From Eubacteriales bacterium (GTDB taxonomy: Bacteria > Bacillota > Clostridia > Oscillospirales > CAG-272): a stretch of 64,000 bases of DNA. A program made the position numbers and the translations under genes. The stretch lies in the NCBI GenBank assembly GCA_045632925.1, contig JAZQXP010000057.1, forward strand, positions 1,126-65,125, written 5' to 3'. Positions within the stretch are counted from its first letter, which is position 1, and every line of letters begins with the position of its first letter. The notes beneath the pieces were generated by a model, which worked only from the letters and a program-made list of their open reading frames with translations, searched no databases and was not told the origin of the DNA. Below are positions 9,560-18,513 of the stretch, in pieces.

Positions 9560-9976
9560 ATGAAAAACTTGATTAAATACGTATGTATAGCTATGATCGT
9601 TCTTGCGGCTTTCAGCGGCTTTTTCGAAGGCTACTTATTACTTCGCTCTTCTATGGGCGCACCCGCGCAGTTTACCATTTCCTTTGTCAACCACATCTTA
9701 ATGCTGGTTGCGGGCATAATGGGACTGAAATTCCGCGATGATGACGAAAGACAAAAGATGCTCGCGGGAATATCGGGAATGCAGACGATCTTCTGCCTGC
9801 TTTCCGTGTTTGTTGACCGTTATTCGATCCTGATAGCTATCAAAACGCTCGGTATCGGTGATTGGCTGTCGATCATTTGCTCGGTCGTTCTTCTTGTTTA
9901 CTATGTTCAGGGTATGATCAGGGTGAAGAAAAAACGTCAGCAGGACGAGTCGGTGACAAATTCAGCAATTAATTAA
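9560..9976 (+). CDS. Hypothetical membrane protein (about 4 TM)
   Basis: AAGGTGG RBS; four hydrophobic helices. Confidence 0.7.
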   Translation: MKNLIKYVCIAMIVLAAFSGFFEGYLLLRSSMGAPAQFTISFVNHILMLVAGIMGLKFRDDDERQKMLAGISGMQTIFCLLSVFVDRYSILIAIKTLGIGDWLSIICSVVLLVYYVQGMIRVKKKRQQDESVTNSAIN

Positions 9977-9985
9977 TATTACGAG

Positions 9986-10132
9986 TCCGTAGGGACCAAC
10001 CTCCTCGGCGGTCCGGACCCAATTGAATTAATGCTGTGTATTTAATCGAGAGATTTTTATTTCAGCTTCTGAATTTAGTCAATGTTATATTATTGTGCGG
10101 CTCGGACCGCCGAGGACGTCGGTCCCTACGGA
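9986..10132. repeat. REPIN-like doublet of GTAG-type REP palindromes
   Basis: TCCGTAGGGACCAACCTCCTCGGCGGTCCG (9986-10015) and an inverted copy (10103-10132, 28/30 identical) around an AT-rich spacer. Confidence 0.85.
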
Positions 10133-10164
10133 TTTTGTCTTTAAAGATTACTAAGGAGTAACAT

Positions 10165-10494
10165 ATGAAGCTCAAAATAATACTACTTTTAACCCTGCTT
10201 CTTATATTGACTCTGACGCTTACCTCTTGCCAAGTGAATTGGTTTGGCGAAAGCTATGACGTGCCGTGGTACGTTGTGGCGATCCCGACGCTGATAATCT
10301 GCGGTATCGCTTTTTTCATAGCGGGCATAAGCATCGCAAAGAAGCTTTACGTCTGCCCAAAATGCGGCAGCGAATTCCATCCCGATTTCTGGCTCGCTAT
10401 GTGCTCGATGCATATCGGCAGCGACAGATATTTCAAATGCCCCAAATGCGGACATAAGGGATTTTGTACGGTTTCAAGAAATAATAAAGAGTGA
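10165..10494 (+). CDS. Small membrane/lipoprotein with C-terminal zinc ribbon
   Basis: AAGGAG RBS; LTSC lipobox-like motif, a TM helix and CPKC...CPKC. Its stop codon lies inside the end of repeat R copy 2. Confidence 0.75.
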   Translation: MKLKIILLLTLLLILTLTLTSCQVNWFGESYDVPWYVVAIPTLIICGIAFFIAGISIAKKLYVCPKCGSEFHPDFWLAMCSMHIGSDRYFKCPKCGHKGFCTVSRNNKE

Positions 10495-10736
10495 AGGAGC
10501 GCAAACCTTCCGAAAAGGAAGGTTTGACTCCTTCCAAACCGCCGGCAGGGACGCCGTCGGTTTGAAGCGCAAGGAAAATTCCGACCTCTGTGGAGCGCGA
10601 CTTAAGGCGTTGCCTTAAGAATCCGTGCGGCTCTGTCGGTTTTCCTTGGAAAACGGCGGTGTTTAGCCGCCGAGGCAGAGTCGTAGCTTGCCGTAGGCAA
10701 GCATAAGCTTCTTGAAAAAGCTTGACCAAAACTTTC
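10491..10736 (-). repeat. Structured dispersed repeat R, copy 2 (inverted, with extra internal hairpins)
   Basis: The reverse complement reads GAAAGTTTTGGTCAAGCTTTTTCAAGAAGCTT...CTTGCGCTTCAAACCG..CGGTTTGGAAGGAGTCAAACCTTCC..GGAAGGTTTGCGCTCCTTCA. Confidence 0.9.
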
Positions 10737-10776
10737 CGCTATAATTGATTTTCGCTCGGCGAAAATCTTCCTTCAT

Positions 10777-10877
10777 TTCGCCGTAGGCGAATCATCATTC
10801 TGCGAAGCAGATCATCATTCACGCGTAGCGTGATCATAATTCCGCCAAAGGCGGATCATCATTCGCCCGAAGGGCGA
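10777..10877. repeat. Mini-hairpin array B: 5 variable GC hairpins separated by 4 seven-nt linkers (TCATCAT/TCATAAT)
   Basis: ttcgcc-gta-ggcgaa TCATCAT tctgc-gaa-gcaga TCATCAT tcacgc-gta-gcgtga TCATAAT tccgcc-aaa-ggcgga TCATCAT tcgccc-gaa-gggcga. Confidence 0.9.
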
Positions 10878-10898
10878 TTACCCCCAAGGAGGTCCATC

Positions 10899-12161
10899 GT
10901 GCTCTTCATCGCTGTCGGCATTGCCGTCGTAGCCGCGGTGCTCATTCAGTACTTCGTCTATAAGAAAACAGGCTTTTCAAATATCGAATACAGCGCGACG
11001 CTCTCCTCGGGCGAGGTCTTTGAGGGCGATGACGTCTATCTCTATGAGGAGATAAGGAATAACGGCGCGCTCCCGATGCCATATATCAAGATCGATACCG
11101 ATCTGCCCGACGGTATCGTGTTTACCTTGCTCGAGTCGTCCGTGACCGATCCCGGCGGTATCTTCTCGAAGAATATGACCGTCTCGAAGGGCGCGGCTAA
11201 GCGCGAGACCGAACGCCTGCGTAAGATCAAGCATACCTCGTCGATCCAGTCGCTCTTCGTGCTCCGACCCTACGCCTGCATCCGCCGCCGTTGGAGACTC
11301 ACCTGCAAAAAGCGCGGCGACTTTCAACTCAAGGGCGTGCTTGCAACTGCAAGCGACATCCTCGGCATCGGAGTTCACTCCAAGCTCATCGAGCTCTCGA
11401 ATACAGAGCGAAACAGACTGATAGTTCTTCCGCGCCCCGAGGATCTTGCGGGGAATTATACCTCGTCGCGCTACCTTTGCGGCGACATAATTTCTGAGAT
11501 CTGCCCCGTGACCGATCCCTTGCGCCGTTGCGGTGCGCGCGAGTATCTGACGAGCGATCCGATGAGCCGCATCAACTGGAAATCCACCGCGGCACACGGC
11601 AAGCTTATGGTCAACATCGAGGAGAAAACGGTGCGCCATCGCTTCTCGCTACTGCTGAATATGTCCTCGAGACAGATCGAAAAATTCGACGTCCCCTCCG
11701 ACCCCGCGGCGATCGAGCGATGCATCACGCTCTGCACCTCGATCCTCGACAGAATTGCGGCGGAGGACGTTCCCGTGAAATTCTTTTCGAACTATCCGCC
11801 CGAGGATATGAAGGAATTCGGCGGCGAGGCTGTCTCGGATGATGAGATCGGGCAGAAGGTCGGCGTCTGCGGACCCTTCCGCGGCTCGCGCGATATGATC
11901 TATGCGCTTCGTATGCTTGCAATGCTGAAAATGAAGATCTCGACCCCGATCGACCGCGTCTTCGATCACATCGTTGCCCATCCCGAGCTCTACCGCGAAA
12001 ACGAAAACATGATTATCGTAACGTCATACATCGATCGCAGAATGATGAATCTGCGCGATGCGCTTGCCGCCGAGGGTGTCCGCGTGATCTTCTACGTTGC
12101 AACGACACGCAACGAGGTCGGCGCGCTCAGCGAGGAAAATGACGTTTATTTCCGAGTTTAA
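10899..12161 (+). CDS. DUF58 (VWA-like) protein, MoxR partner
   Basis: GTG start after AAGGAGG; N-terminal TM; KRGDF, GAREYLTSDPMSRINWKSTAAHGKLMV DUF58 signature. Confidence 0.9.
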   Translation: MLFIAVGIAVVAAVLIQYFVYKKTGFSNIEYSATLSSGEVFEGDDVYLYEEIRNNGALPMPYIKIDTDLPDGIVFTLLESSVTDPGGIFSKNMTVSKGAAKRETERLRKIKHTSSIQSLFVLRPYACIRRRWRLTCKKRGDFQLKGVLATASDILGIGVHSKLIELSNTERNRLIVLPRPEDLAGNYTSSRYLCGDIISEICPVTDPLRRCGAREYLTSDPMSRINWKSTAAHGKLMVNIEEKTVRHRFSLLLNMSSRQIEKFDVPSDPAAIERCITLCTSILDRIAAEDVPVKFFSNYPPEDMKEFGGEAVSDDEIGQKVGVCGPFRGSRDMIYALRMLAMLKMKISTPIDRVFDHIVAHPELYRENENMIIVTSYIDRRMMNLRDALAAEGVRVIFYVATTRNEVGALSEENDVYFRV

Positions 12162-12171
12162 GGAGGTAAAA

Positions 12172-13626
12172 ATGAGAACAAAAAATAAGAATACCTCCCG
12201 GATCAGCAACCCGAGCTTTACCATCCTCGGCTTCCTCGGCGTTTACTTCGTGGTCTGTGCCGCGATCGCGCCCTTTGTGGCGTACGGATTCCTCCAAAAT
12301 CTCGCGGTTTTTGCGCTGATATTCATACTTATGGCGTTTGGATATTTCCTGCAAGCGGGAGTCAGCGCGGCAACGGGCTTCAAGCGAGAGCTTGAGACAC
12401 GCGCCTACGAGCCCGAGTATAAGTATTTCAAGCAAAACCGCGCCTTTCCTGTCTGGGTCATCGCGCTGATCCTTTCGGTCTTTGTCAGCAAGCTGACAGA
12501 TATGTACCTTTTCGAGCGATCAAAGCAACCGACCGTGGTATACGATCCCGATTCGATCCTTCCTTTCCTTGCCGCCGCGACGTTCGTGATCGTCGTTGCG
12601 CTCGGCTCATTCGTATGGTTCTTTCCCTATAACCGAATAATGACGGCAAAGGGACTTTATATCGGCGTGACGGTCAATCTTGTCGTCTTCTCGCTCCATT
12701 CGATGGTCCGCTCACCCGGAGTGGTGACCGTCGGTGTCTGCCTTATCGGCTACGCGTTCTGCGCGCTCGTTGCCGCAAATCAGTATTCGCTCGGCAGAAC
12801 GTATCGCGGCACTATCGTATCCTTTATGACGCCGCAGACGAGAAAATATAATCTCCTCTTGTCCCTCGGACTCGTCGGATTCTTCTGCATCCTGCTCTTT
12901 CTCGCGTACCTGATCGTCAACGGTCTCCGCGTTTGCGTGCTCTTTGTGCTTGCCGCGATAATCCGCGCCTTCAGCGACGAGGACGTAGGCTACACCGAGG
13001 AGGAAGACGAGATCTCATCGAGCCTTTCTGATATGCTCTGGGGCAAGCAGGATGTCGTCAGCTCGGCGAATTACTGGCTTTTCTGGATCTTCGTGGTCTT
13101 TTCGATCATTCTGCTGATCGTCGTTCTTATCCGCCGCCGTGCTGAATTTCAGCGATTCGTCGCGTGGCTGAAGGCTTGGATCGTATCCCTTTTCGAGATC
13201 ATCTGGCTTCCGATACGCGATCAATTCGAGCACGACGATTATTATTTCACCAATTACGTCGACGAGGAGCTGAAGCTCCAGAAAAACGAGCTCAAGGCGA
13301 AGCGCAGAGAAGAAAACCGCGCGCGGATGACCTGGAGTGAATTCAACCTCAGCCTCCGAATGAAAAAGTCGGAGGAGGAAAAATACCGCTTTGCCTACTC
13401 GACCTTCGTTTCACAGCTGCTCAAGATGCCGATGTTCGTGAGAAAATCGGATACACCGCGCAAGATATGCGAGCGACTTACCGCGAGCGGACGCGTGGCG
13501 TCGAAGCAGGAGATCGAAATGATCACCGAAGCCTTCGAGCAGATCGAATTTGCAGACAGACCCGCAACCCCCGAGACCGAAAAGGCACTCGACGCGCTTT
13601 GCGATAAGATAAGAGAGAATATGTAA
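12172..13626 (+). CDS. Polytopic membrane protein with a DUF4129-like C-terminus (third gene of the moxR operon)
   Basis: AGGAGG RBS; about 9 TM segments; C-terminal KSDTPRKI...ITEAFEQIEF resembles DUF4129. Confidence 0.7.
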   Translation: MRTKNKNTSRISNPSFTILGFLGVYFVVCAAIAPFVAYGFLQNLAVFALIFILMAFGYFLQAGVSAATGFKRELETRAYEPEYKYFKQNRAFPVWVIALILSVFVSKLTDMYLFERSKQPTVVYDPDSILPFLAAATFVIVVALGSFVWFFPYNRIMTAKGLYIGVTVNLVVFSLHSMVRSPGVVTVGVCLIGYAFCALVAANQYSLGRTYRGTIVSFMTPQTRKYNLLLSLGLVGFFCILLFLAYLIVNGLRVCVLFVLAAIIRAFSDEDVGYTEEEDEISSSLSDMLWGKQDVVSSANYWLFWIFVVFSIILLIVVLIRRRAEFQRFVAWLKAWIVSLFEIIWLPIRDQFEHDDYYFTNYVDEELKLQKNELKAKRREENRARMTWSEFNLSLRMKKSEEEKYRFAYSTFVSQLLKMPMFVRKSDTPRKICERLTASGRVASKQEIEMITEAFEQIEFADRPATPETEKALDALCDKIRENM

Positions 13627-13630
13627 AGAG

Positions 13631-13776
13631 GAAAGTTTTGATCAAACTTTTTCAAAAGTTTGCGGAGCTCGAGGCAGAGCCTCGAAATACTTCTGCGCTT
13701 CGAACCGACTGCGCCCCTGCAGGCGGTTCGGAAGGAGTCAAACCTTCCCTTATCGGAAGGTTTGTGCTCCTTCAAC
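13631..13776 (+). repeat. Structured dispersed repeat R, copy 3
   Basis: GAAAGTTTTGATCAAACTTTTTCAAAAGTTTG...TGCGCTTCGAACCG..CGGTTCGGAAGGAGTCAAACCTTCC..GGAAGGTTTGTGCTCCTTCAAC. Confidence 0.9.
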
Positions 13777-13827
13777 TTATAAAAACAAAATTATAGGATA
13801 TCTACAATAAACAAAGAAAGAAATAAA

Positions 13828-14397
13828 ATGAAAGACCTTCCAAATGATCTGAAATCCCATATCAGCCGAGTGATCTTGAAGAGAGCGATCCCCTGCGCGA
13901 TACTGCTTGCGGCGTGCGGTGCTTTGCTTTTCTTCCTCGGCGAGCGAATATTCAATATGGACAACGTGCAGATGCGGATATTCTGCTACATCGTCGTTAT
14001 GCTGATCCCCTTTGTCGTGACGGGTGTGCCGATGAAGCTCATTGACCGAACCTATTGCGGCGAGGTCATCGAAGCGAGAGTGAAGAGGACCGTTGATAAC
14101 GAGTCCTACGTCAAGCCCACACTCGAGCATATGTACTTCAAAAACACCGTCTACCTCGACGTCCGTCTCGATAACGGCAAGGAGATCACGGTCAAGGCTT
14201 ACGAGGGCAGGGACGACGATCTGAATCCATATTTTTATCATAAGGGCGACCGAGTTTTCCACCTCTACGGCTCGAAATACACGATAGTTCTGCCCTCCGA
14301 GACCGCGAACGCTGTCCGTTGTCCCGTTTGCGGTATCAAAAATCTCAGTGAAAACGGAAAATGTGCCGATTGCGGGCATACTTTGGTAACAAAATAA
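13828..14397 (+). CDS. Hypothetical membrane protein with C-terminal zinc ribbon
   Basis: Two TM helices; CPVC...CADC at the C-terminus. Confidence 0.7.
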   Translation: MKDLPNDLKSHISRVILKRAIPCAILLAACGALLFFLGERIFNMDNVQMRIFCYIVVMLIPFVVTGVPMKLIDRTYCGEVIEARVKRTVDNESYVKPTLEHMYFKNTVYLDVRLDNGKEITVKAYEGRDDDLNPYFYHKGDRVFHLYGSKYTIVLPSETANAVRCPVCGIKNLSENGKCADCGHTLVTK

Positions 14398-14411
14398 TTC
14401 AAAAAAATAGG

Positions 14412-14448
14412 TTGACAATATCCTAAAATTTGTGGTATAATATTGTCA
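14412..14448 (+). promoter_or_regulatory. SigA promoter with inverted operator for phd-doc
   Basis: TTGACA(14412)-18-TATAAT(14436). Inverted repeat TGACAATAT / ATATTGTCA overlaps both boxes. Confidence 0.65.
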
Positions 14449-14470
14449 TAATCCGAAAAGGAGAAGAGAA

Positions 14471-14713
14471 ATGAATATTGATACCAAAAGGATAGTGTCG
14501 ATCTCCGAGGCGAATCAGAATTTCTCGCGTGTTGCAAGAATGACTGACAAGCACGGCGAGATCTATATTTTCAAGAACAACAAGCCGAAGTATAAATTGG
14601 TCGATATAGAAAGCTGCACAGACATCGAAATGACCGACGATGAAAAGATCGATTTCGTTGCCGCAAGGATCCTGAAGCTTTACCGTCCTGCGTTTGAGGA
14701 GCTTGCAAAATGA
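14471..14713 (+). CDS. phd: Phd/YefM family antitoxin
   Basis: IVSISEANQNFSRVAR...IYIFKNNKPKY; overlaps the doc start (ATGA). Confidence 0.9.
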   Translation: MNIDTKRIVSISEANQNFSRVARMTDKHGEIYIFKNNKPKYKLVDIESCTDIEMTDDEKIDFVAARILKLYRPAFEELAK

Positions 14714-15084
14714 TCAGATTGAGTAACGAAAAGGTTTTGCTTTTGCACAGGCTCATCACCGAGGAAACGGGAGGCGACCCGAACGTACGCGATATCGCTC
14801 TGCTTGACAGTGCGCTTGAATCGGCGTTTGCGACCTTTGACGGCGTCGAGCTCTACCCGACGAAGCAGGAAAAGGGCGCGCGGATCGGTTATTCGCTTAT
14901 ATCGAACCACGCTTTTGTTGACGGAAATAAGCGAATAGGAATGTTCGTGATGATGATCTTCCTTGAGATCAACGGGATCGTGATCCGTCCGAGCAACGAG
15001 GAATTCGCCCGCGTCGGACTTGCCGTAGCGGCGGGAGAGATGAAGTACGCCGATCTTCTTGAATGGATTCTTGAAAATGAATAA
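14710..15084 (+). CDS. doc: Doc (Fic/Doc) toxin
   Basis: LLDSAL...FDGVELYPT and HAFVDGNKRIG Doc motif. Confidence 0.92.
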   Translation: MIRLSNEKVLLLHRLITEETGGDPNVRDIALLDSALESAFATFDGVELYPTKQEKGARIGYSLISNHAFVDGNKRIGMFVMMIFLEINGIVIRPSNEEFARVGLAVAAGEMKYADLLEWILENE

Positions 15085-15132
15085 AAATCAGGCAATATCA
15101 GACCCGAAAGGGAATGGTATTGCTTGATTTTT
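15085..15132. repeat. Terminator-like hairpin, copy 1 of a direct repeat flanking the ATPase gene
   Basis: AGGCAATATCAGACCCGAAAGGGAATGGTATTGCTTGATTTT, nearly identical to 16491-16533. Confidence 0.8.
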
Positions 15133-15237
15133 TAAATAACACTGTGAATAATGGATTATTACTTGACAAATATGATATAATATGATATAATGACTTTGAA
15201 AAAAGTCAACATGTCGAAAAAATTCAAAGAGGATGCT

Positions 15238-16485
15238 ATGATAAAGAGAGATTTATATTTACAAAGATTGATCGACAGAATGGAAAATGGCGCGGTCAAG
15301 GTTATAACGGGAATAAGAAGATGCGGAAAATCAACTTTGCTTTTTAATTTGTTTTATGATTATTTGAAAAGCACGGGAGTGAAAGAAGACCATATAATTA
15401 CCTATAAGCTTGATAATATCAAAAGCAGAAGGCTGAGAAACGCAGAGGTCTTGTACGATGCCGTTGCGGAGCAAATCAGAGATAATAATACGTATTATGT
15501 TTTTTTGGATGAGATTCAATATGTAGAGGATTTTTCCGAGCTTGTTAACAGTCTCAATCAGATTTCAAATGTTGATCTGTATGTTACCGGAAGTAATTCG
15601 AAATTCCTGTCGGACGATATTCTTACGGAATTTCGCGGAAGAGGTGACGAGGTGAGAGTGTATCCGCTGTCTTTCTCGGAGTTTTGTTCGGCTTTTGACG
15701 GGGATAAATACGAGGCGTGGGAGGAATATTTCACATACGGCGGTATGCCCGCGATATTTGAACAGCGTACAGAGGAGCAAAAGGCACTTTATCTGCGCAA
15801 TCTTGTGTCAAAGGTATATCTGTCTGATATTATTGACCGCAGGAAAGTAGTGTATAAGGACGAGCTTGATTCAATGGTCGATCTTCTTTGTTCCGCTATA
15901 GGGTCGCTGACAAATCCGAGTAAGATCTCCAAAACTCTCGCATCTGCCAAAGGAAAGTCGATCAGCGACATTACTGCAAAAAGCTATCTTGATCATCTTT
16001 GCGATGCTTTCTTGTTTGATGTGGCAAAGAGATATGACGTTAAGGGCAGAAAGTATCTGTCCACACCGTCGAAATATTACATTTCCGATGTCGGATTGCG
16101 CAATGCAAGGCTAAACTTCCGTCAGCAGGAAGAAAATCATATTATGGAAAACATAATATATAATGAGCTGAAGAGCCGTGGTTATCTTGTTGACGTGGGT
16201 GTTGTTGAAGCTACCGAAACGGTGGACGGCAAGCGAAAGCAAATATCGCTGGAGGTGGATTTTATTGCTACAAAGGGTAACAAAAAGTATTATATACAAT
16301 CCGCTTACGAGATAAGCAGTCGCGAAAAGCTGATCCAGGAGCGAAGGTCTCTTTTGAAAATTAACGATTCGTTCAAGAAAATTATTATCGTGAAGGATAA
16401 TATCAAGCCCAGAATCGATGAGGACGGAATCGTTACTATCGGTATAATCGGATTTTTGCTTGATCCGGACAGCTTGAATATATAA
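15238..16485 (+). CDS. AAA_14 / DUF4143 ATP-binding protein
   Basis: ITGIRRCGKS, FLDEIQ, TGSNS, YGGMP, KYYISDVG, EVDFI..YIQS. AT-rich; has its own TTGACA/TATAAT promoter. Confidence 0.9.
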   Translation: MIKRDLYLQRLIDRMENGAVKVITGIRRCGKSTLLFNLFYDYLKSTGVKEDHIITYKLDNIKSRRLRNAEVLYDAVAEQIRDNNTYYVFLDEIQYVEDFSELVNSLNQISNVDLYVTGSNSKFLSDDILTEFRGRGDEVRVYPLSFSEFCSAFDGDKYEAWEEYFTYGGMPAIFEQRTEEQKALYLRNLVSKVYLSDIIDRRKVVYKDELDSMVDLLCSAIGSLTNPSKISKTLASAKGKSISDITAKSYLDHLCDAFLFDVAKRYDVKGRKYLSTPSKYYISDVGLRNARLNFRQQEENHIMENIIYNELKSRGYLVDVGVVEATETVDGKRKQISLEVDFIATKGNKKYYIQSAYEISSREKLIQERRSLLKINDSFKKIIIVKDNIKPRIDEDGIVTIGIIGFLLDPDSLNI

Positions 16486-16490
16486 TAATA

Positions 16491-16533
16491 AGGCAATATC
16501 AGACCTGAATGGGAATGATATTGCCTTAATTTT
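16491..16533. repeat. Terminator-like hairpin, copy 2 of the direct repeat
   Basis: AGGCAATATCAGACCTGAATGGGAATGATATTGCCTTAATTTT. Confidence 0.8.
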
Positions 16534-16542
16534 AATTATGAA

Positions 16543-17136
16543 TCAGATAAGATCGCGCACCCAAAGCGACTTGAATTCTTTCGTCCAATAACGCTTCGGA
16601 AGGACCATTACCGAGTCGCAATCGGGTGAGGAGATGATTGGAAGGAGGCTGCCGCAGAGCTTTCTGCGAGGCAGAAGCTTTCTGAATATCAGGATCGGTA
16701 AAAAACGTATCTTTATCTTACGACCTTCGCGTTCGGTCGATATGGTAAAGCCGGAACGGTCGCGCTCGTCGGTTATGACTCTTGCGAGCTCGCGCCATTC
16801 CTCGGGAACCAAGTCGAGCGGCAGATCCTTATATTGATAGATCGCATGGGCTGCCTCCTCCAATATATCGGGGTGCTCTTCGATATAAGGGTCGGTTGAG
16901 TATACGATATGCGCGGGGTGATCGGTGTGCGGAAACCAATCGAACAGAATGGTATTCGCTTGAACTATGTATGCGTAACAAACGCTTCCGTTTTTGAGCA
17001 GGGTCTTTTTCTCGCTGAAAAAAAGAGTCATCGGATCGCTCGTCTTCATCCATTTGGGTCGCTTGAGATAAATATTTCTCAAACGCTTTTCTTCGTATCG
17101 GCTTTGCATTTCTTTCAGTTCGTCATAAAGCTCCAT
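16543..17136 (-). CDS. Hypothetical protein
   Basis: 197-aa ORF with an AAGGAGG RBS; no family recognised. Confidence 0.7.
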   Translation of the reverse strand: MELYDELKEMQSRYEEKRLRNIYLKRPKWMKTSDPMTLFFSEKKTLLKNGSVCYAYIVQANTILFDWFPHTDHPAHIVYSTDPYIEEHPDILEEAAHAIYQYKDLPLDLVPEEWRELARVITDERDRSGFTISTEREGRKIKIRFLPILIFRKLLPRRKLCGSLLPIISSPDCDSVMVLPKRYWTKEFKSLWVRDLI

Positions 17137-17186
17137 CGGTTTGCCTCCTTTGCTGTAACTGATACAATTATATCATAATTAAACTC

Positions 17187-17228
17187 AAAAAGCAATAGTG
17201 CAGAAGCGAACTTCCGCACTATTGCTTT
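17187..17228 (-). terminator. Intrinsic terminator after spoIVB
   Basis: AAAGCAATAGTGC..GAAG cgaa CTTC..GCACTATTGCTTT. Confidence 0.7.
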
Positions 17229-17244
17229 ATTTGAAAAACTGACG

Positions 17245-18285
17245 TTACTTCATAGCCTCAAGCATATTATCGATAAAAATGCCGTAGCCGCGGGTGGGGT
17301 CGGAGACAAGGACGTGCGTGACGGCTCCGACAAGCTTTCCGTTCTGGATTATCGGACTGCCCGACATTCCCTGTACGATTCCGCCCGTCTGCTTTATCAG
17401 CTCGGGGTCGGTTATTTTGACGGTGAAGCATCGTCCGCCCGATGCGCTCGTGTCGATCGAGGAGAGCTCTGCCTTGTATTCCCTCGTCACTCCGTCCTCA
17501 AGAGTGCAGAGAATTGTTGCCGCGCCGCCCTTGACCTCGTTTTTGTGTGCCACGGGGATCGCGCCGTAGAGCGATTTCGGTATCTCGGAATAAATACCGA
17601 AAATGCCGCAATCGGTATTCCCCGTGACCGCTCCGAGCTTTTCGGGCTTAAAGCTCCCTCGTATTTCGCCGGGGTCGCCCGAAGCTCCGCGCTTTATCCC
17701 GCCTATATTGACTCCGAGAAGCACACCGCGTCCGAGAGGCATCGGTTTGCCCGTGTCTGCGTCGCAGATACCGTGCCCAAGTCCGCCGAAAAGCCCCGTC
17801 TTCGGGTCAATGAAGGTTACGGTGCCGATACCCGCGCCGCTGTCGCGTACCCAGATACCCGTCTTGTAACCGCTCTCTTCAAGCCTCGGCGTGACGCGCG
17901 CAGTAAGCTCACGTCCATCGCGGCGCAGGGTGAATTCCACCTCTTTGCCGCCCGCTTCGTCGACCGCGCGGCTGAGCGAATCGGCATCGCTTATCTCGAT
18001 GCCGTCTACCTTTAATATAACGTCGTTTACTCTGACTCCCGCGGCGTACGCGGGGCTCGATTGTCCTTCGGGGATGCCGACGACAAGCACTCCCTCGGTA
18101 AAGAATCTGACACCGAAGACCATCCCGCCGGGGATCAAGGTCTTCTCCTCGCTTGATGCCGCGGCGTATACGGGAGTTGCCTTCGCCATTCCCGCGATAT
18201 TCCGCCCGCCTCCCGTCAGAAGGAGTGCCGCCATCATTGTGCAGACGTATGCCGCCAGTCTGCCTTTTTTCCATAATATTCGCAT
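17245..18285 (-). CDS. spoIVB: SpoIVB serine peptidase (S55, PDZ)
   Basis: LIPGG..FGV, PDZ segment, WVRDSGAGIGTVTF, GLGHGI, GIVQGMSGSPIIQNGKLVGAVTHV. Start uncertain (18285 or 18303). Confidence 0.93.
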   Translation of the reverse strand: MRILWKKGRLAAYVCTMMAALLLTGGGRNIAGMAKATPVYAAASSEEKTLIPGGMVFGVRFFTEGVLVVGIPEGQSSPAYAAGVRVNDVILKVDGIEISDADSLSRAVDEAGGKEVEFTLRRDGRELTARVTPRLEESGYKTGIWVRDSGAGIGTVTFIDPKTGLFGGLGHGICDADTGKPMPLGRGVLLGVNIGGIKRGASGDPGEIRGSFKPEKLGAVTGNTDCGIFGIYSEIPKSLYGAIPVAHKNEVKGGAATILCTLEDGVTREYKAELSSIDTSASGGRCFTVKITDPELIKQTGGIVQGMSGSPIIQNGKLVGAVTHVLVSDPTRGYGIFIDNMLEAMK

Positions 18286-18419
18286 AAGATCCACCGGTTC
18301 CAAGTCTTATCGCGGTAAATCATTCGTTTGGTTTGCCGCAATAATAATTTGCCCCCTAATCGGGAAATGATGTGTAGAAAAATTCAATCGCGGTGCCATT
18401 TTTCGGCTCGAAAAATAAT

Positions 18420-18490
18420 TTGTTAATAAACTAATTATTCTCTTGACTTTTCGGAAAAATTTGCTATAATATTAGTTAGTTTACTAACAA
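18420..18490 (+). promoter_or_regulatory. Promoter flanked by inverted putative MarR operators
   Basis: TTGACT(18443)...TG-c-TATAAT(18465). TTGTTAATAAACTAA (18420) and inverted TTAGTTTACTAACAA (18476). Confidence 0.6.
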
Positions 18491-18513
18491 ACTAATTTCA
18501 AAGGAGAATCAAA

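Noticed and set aside
8729-10877. Hairpin arrays as CRISPR arrays
   Set aside because: The constant part is only 7 nt, the variable parts are 13-20-nt palindromes, and there are no cas genes in the window.
13631-17136. Prophage or ICE around phd-doc
   Set aside because: No integrase, relaxase, phage structural genes or att-like tRNA end; treated as a small accessory islet.
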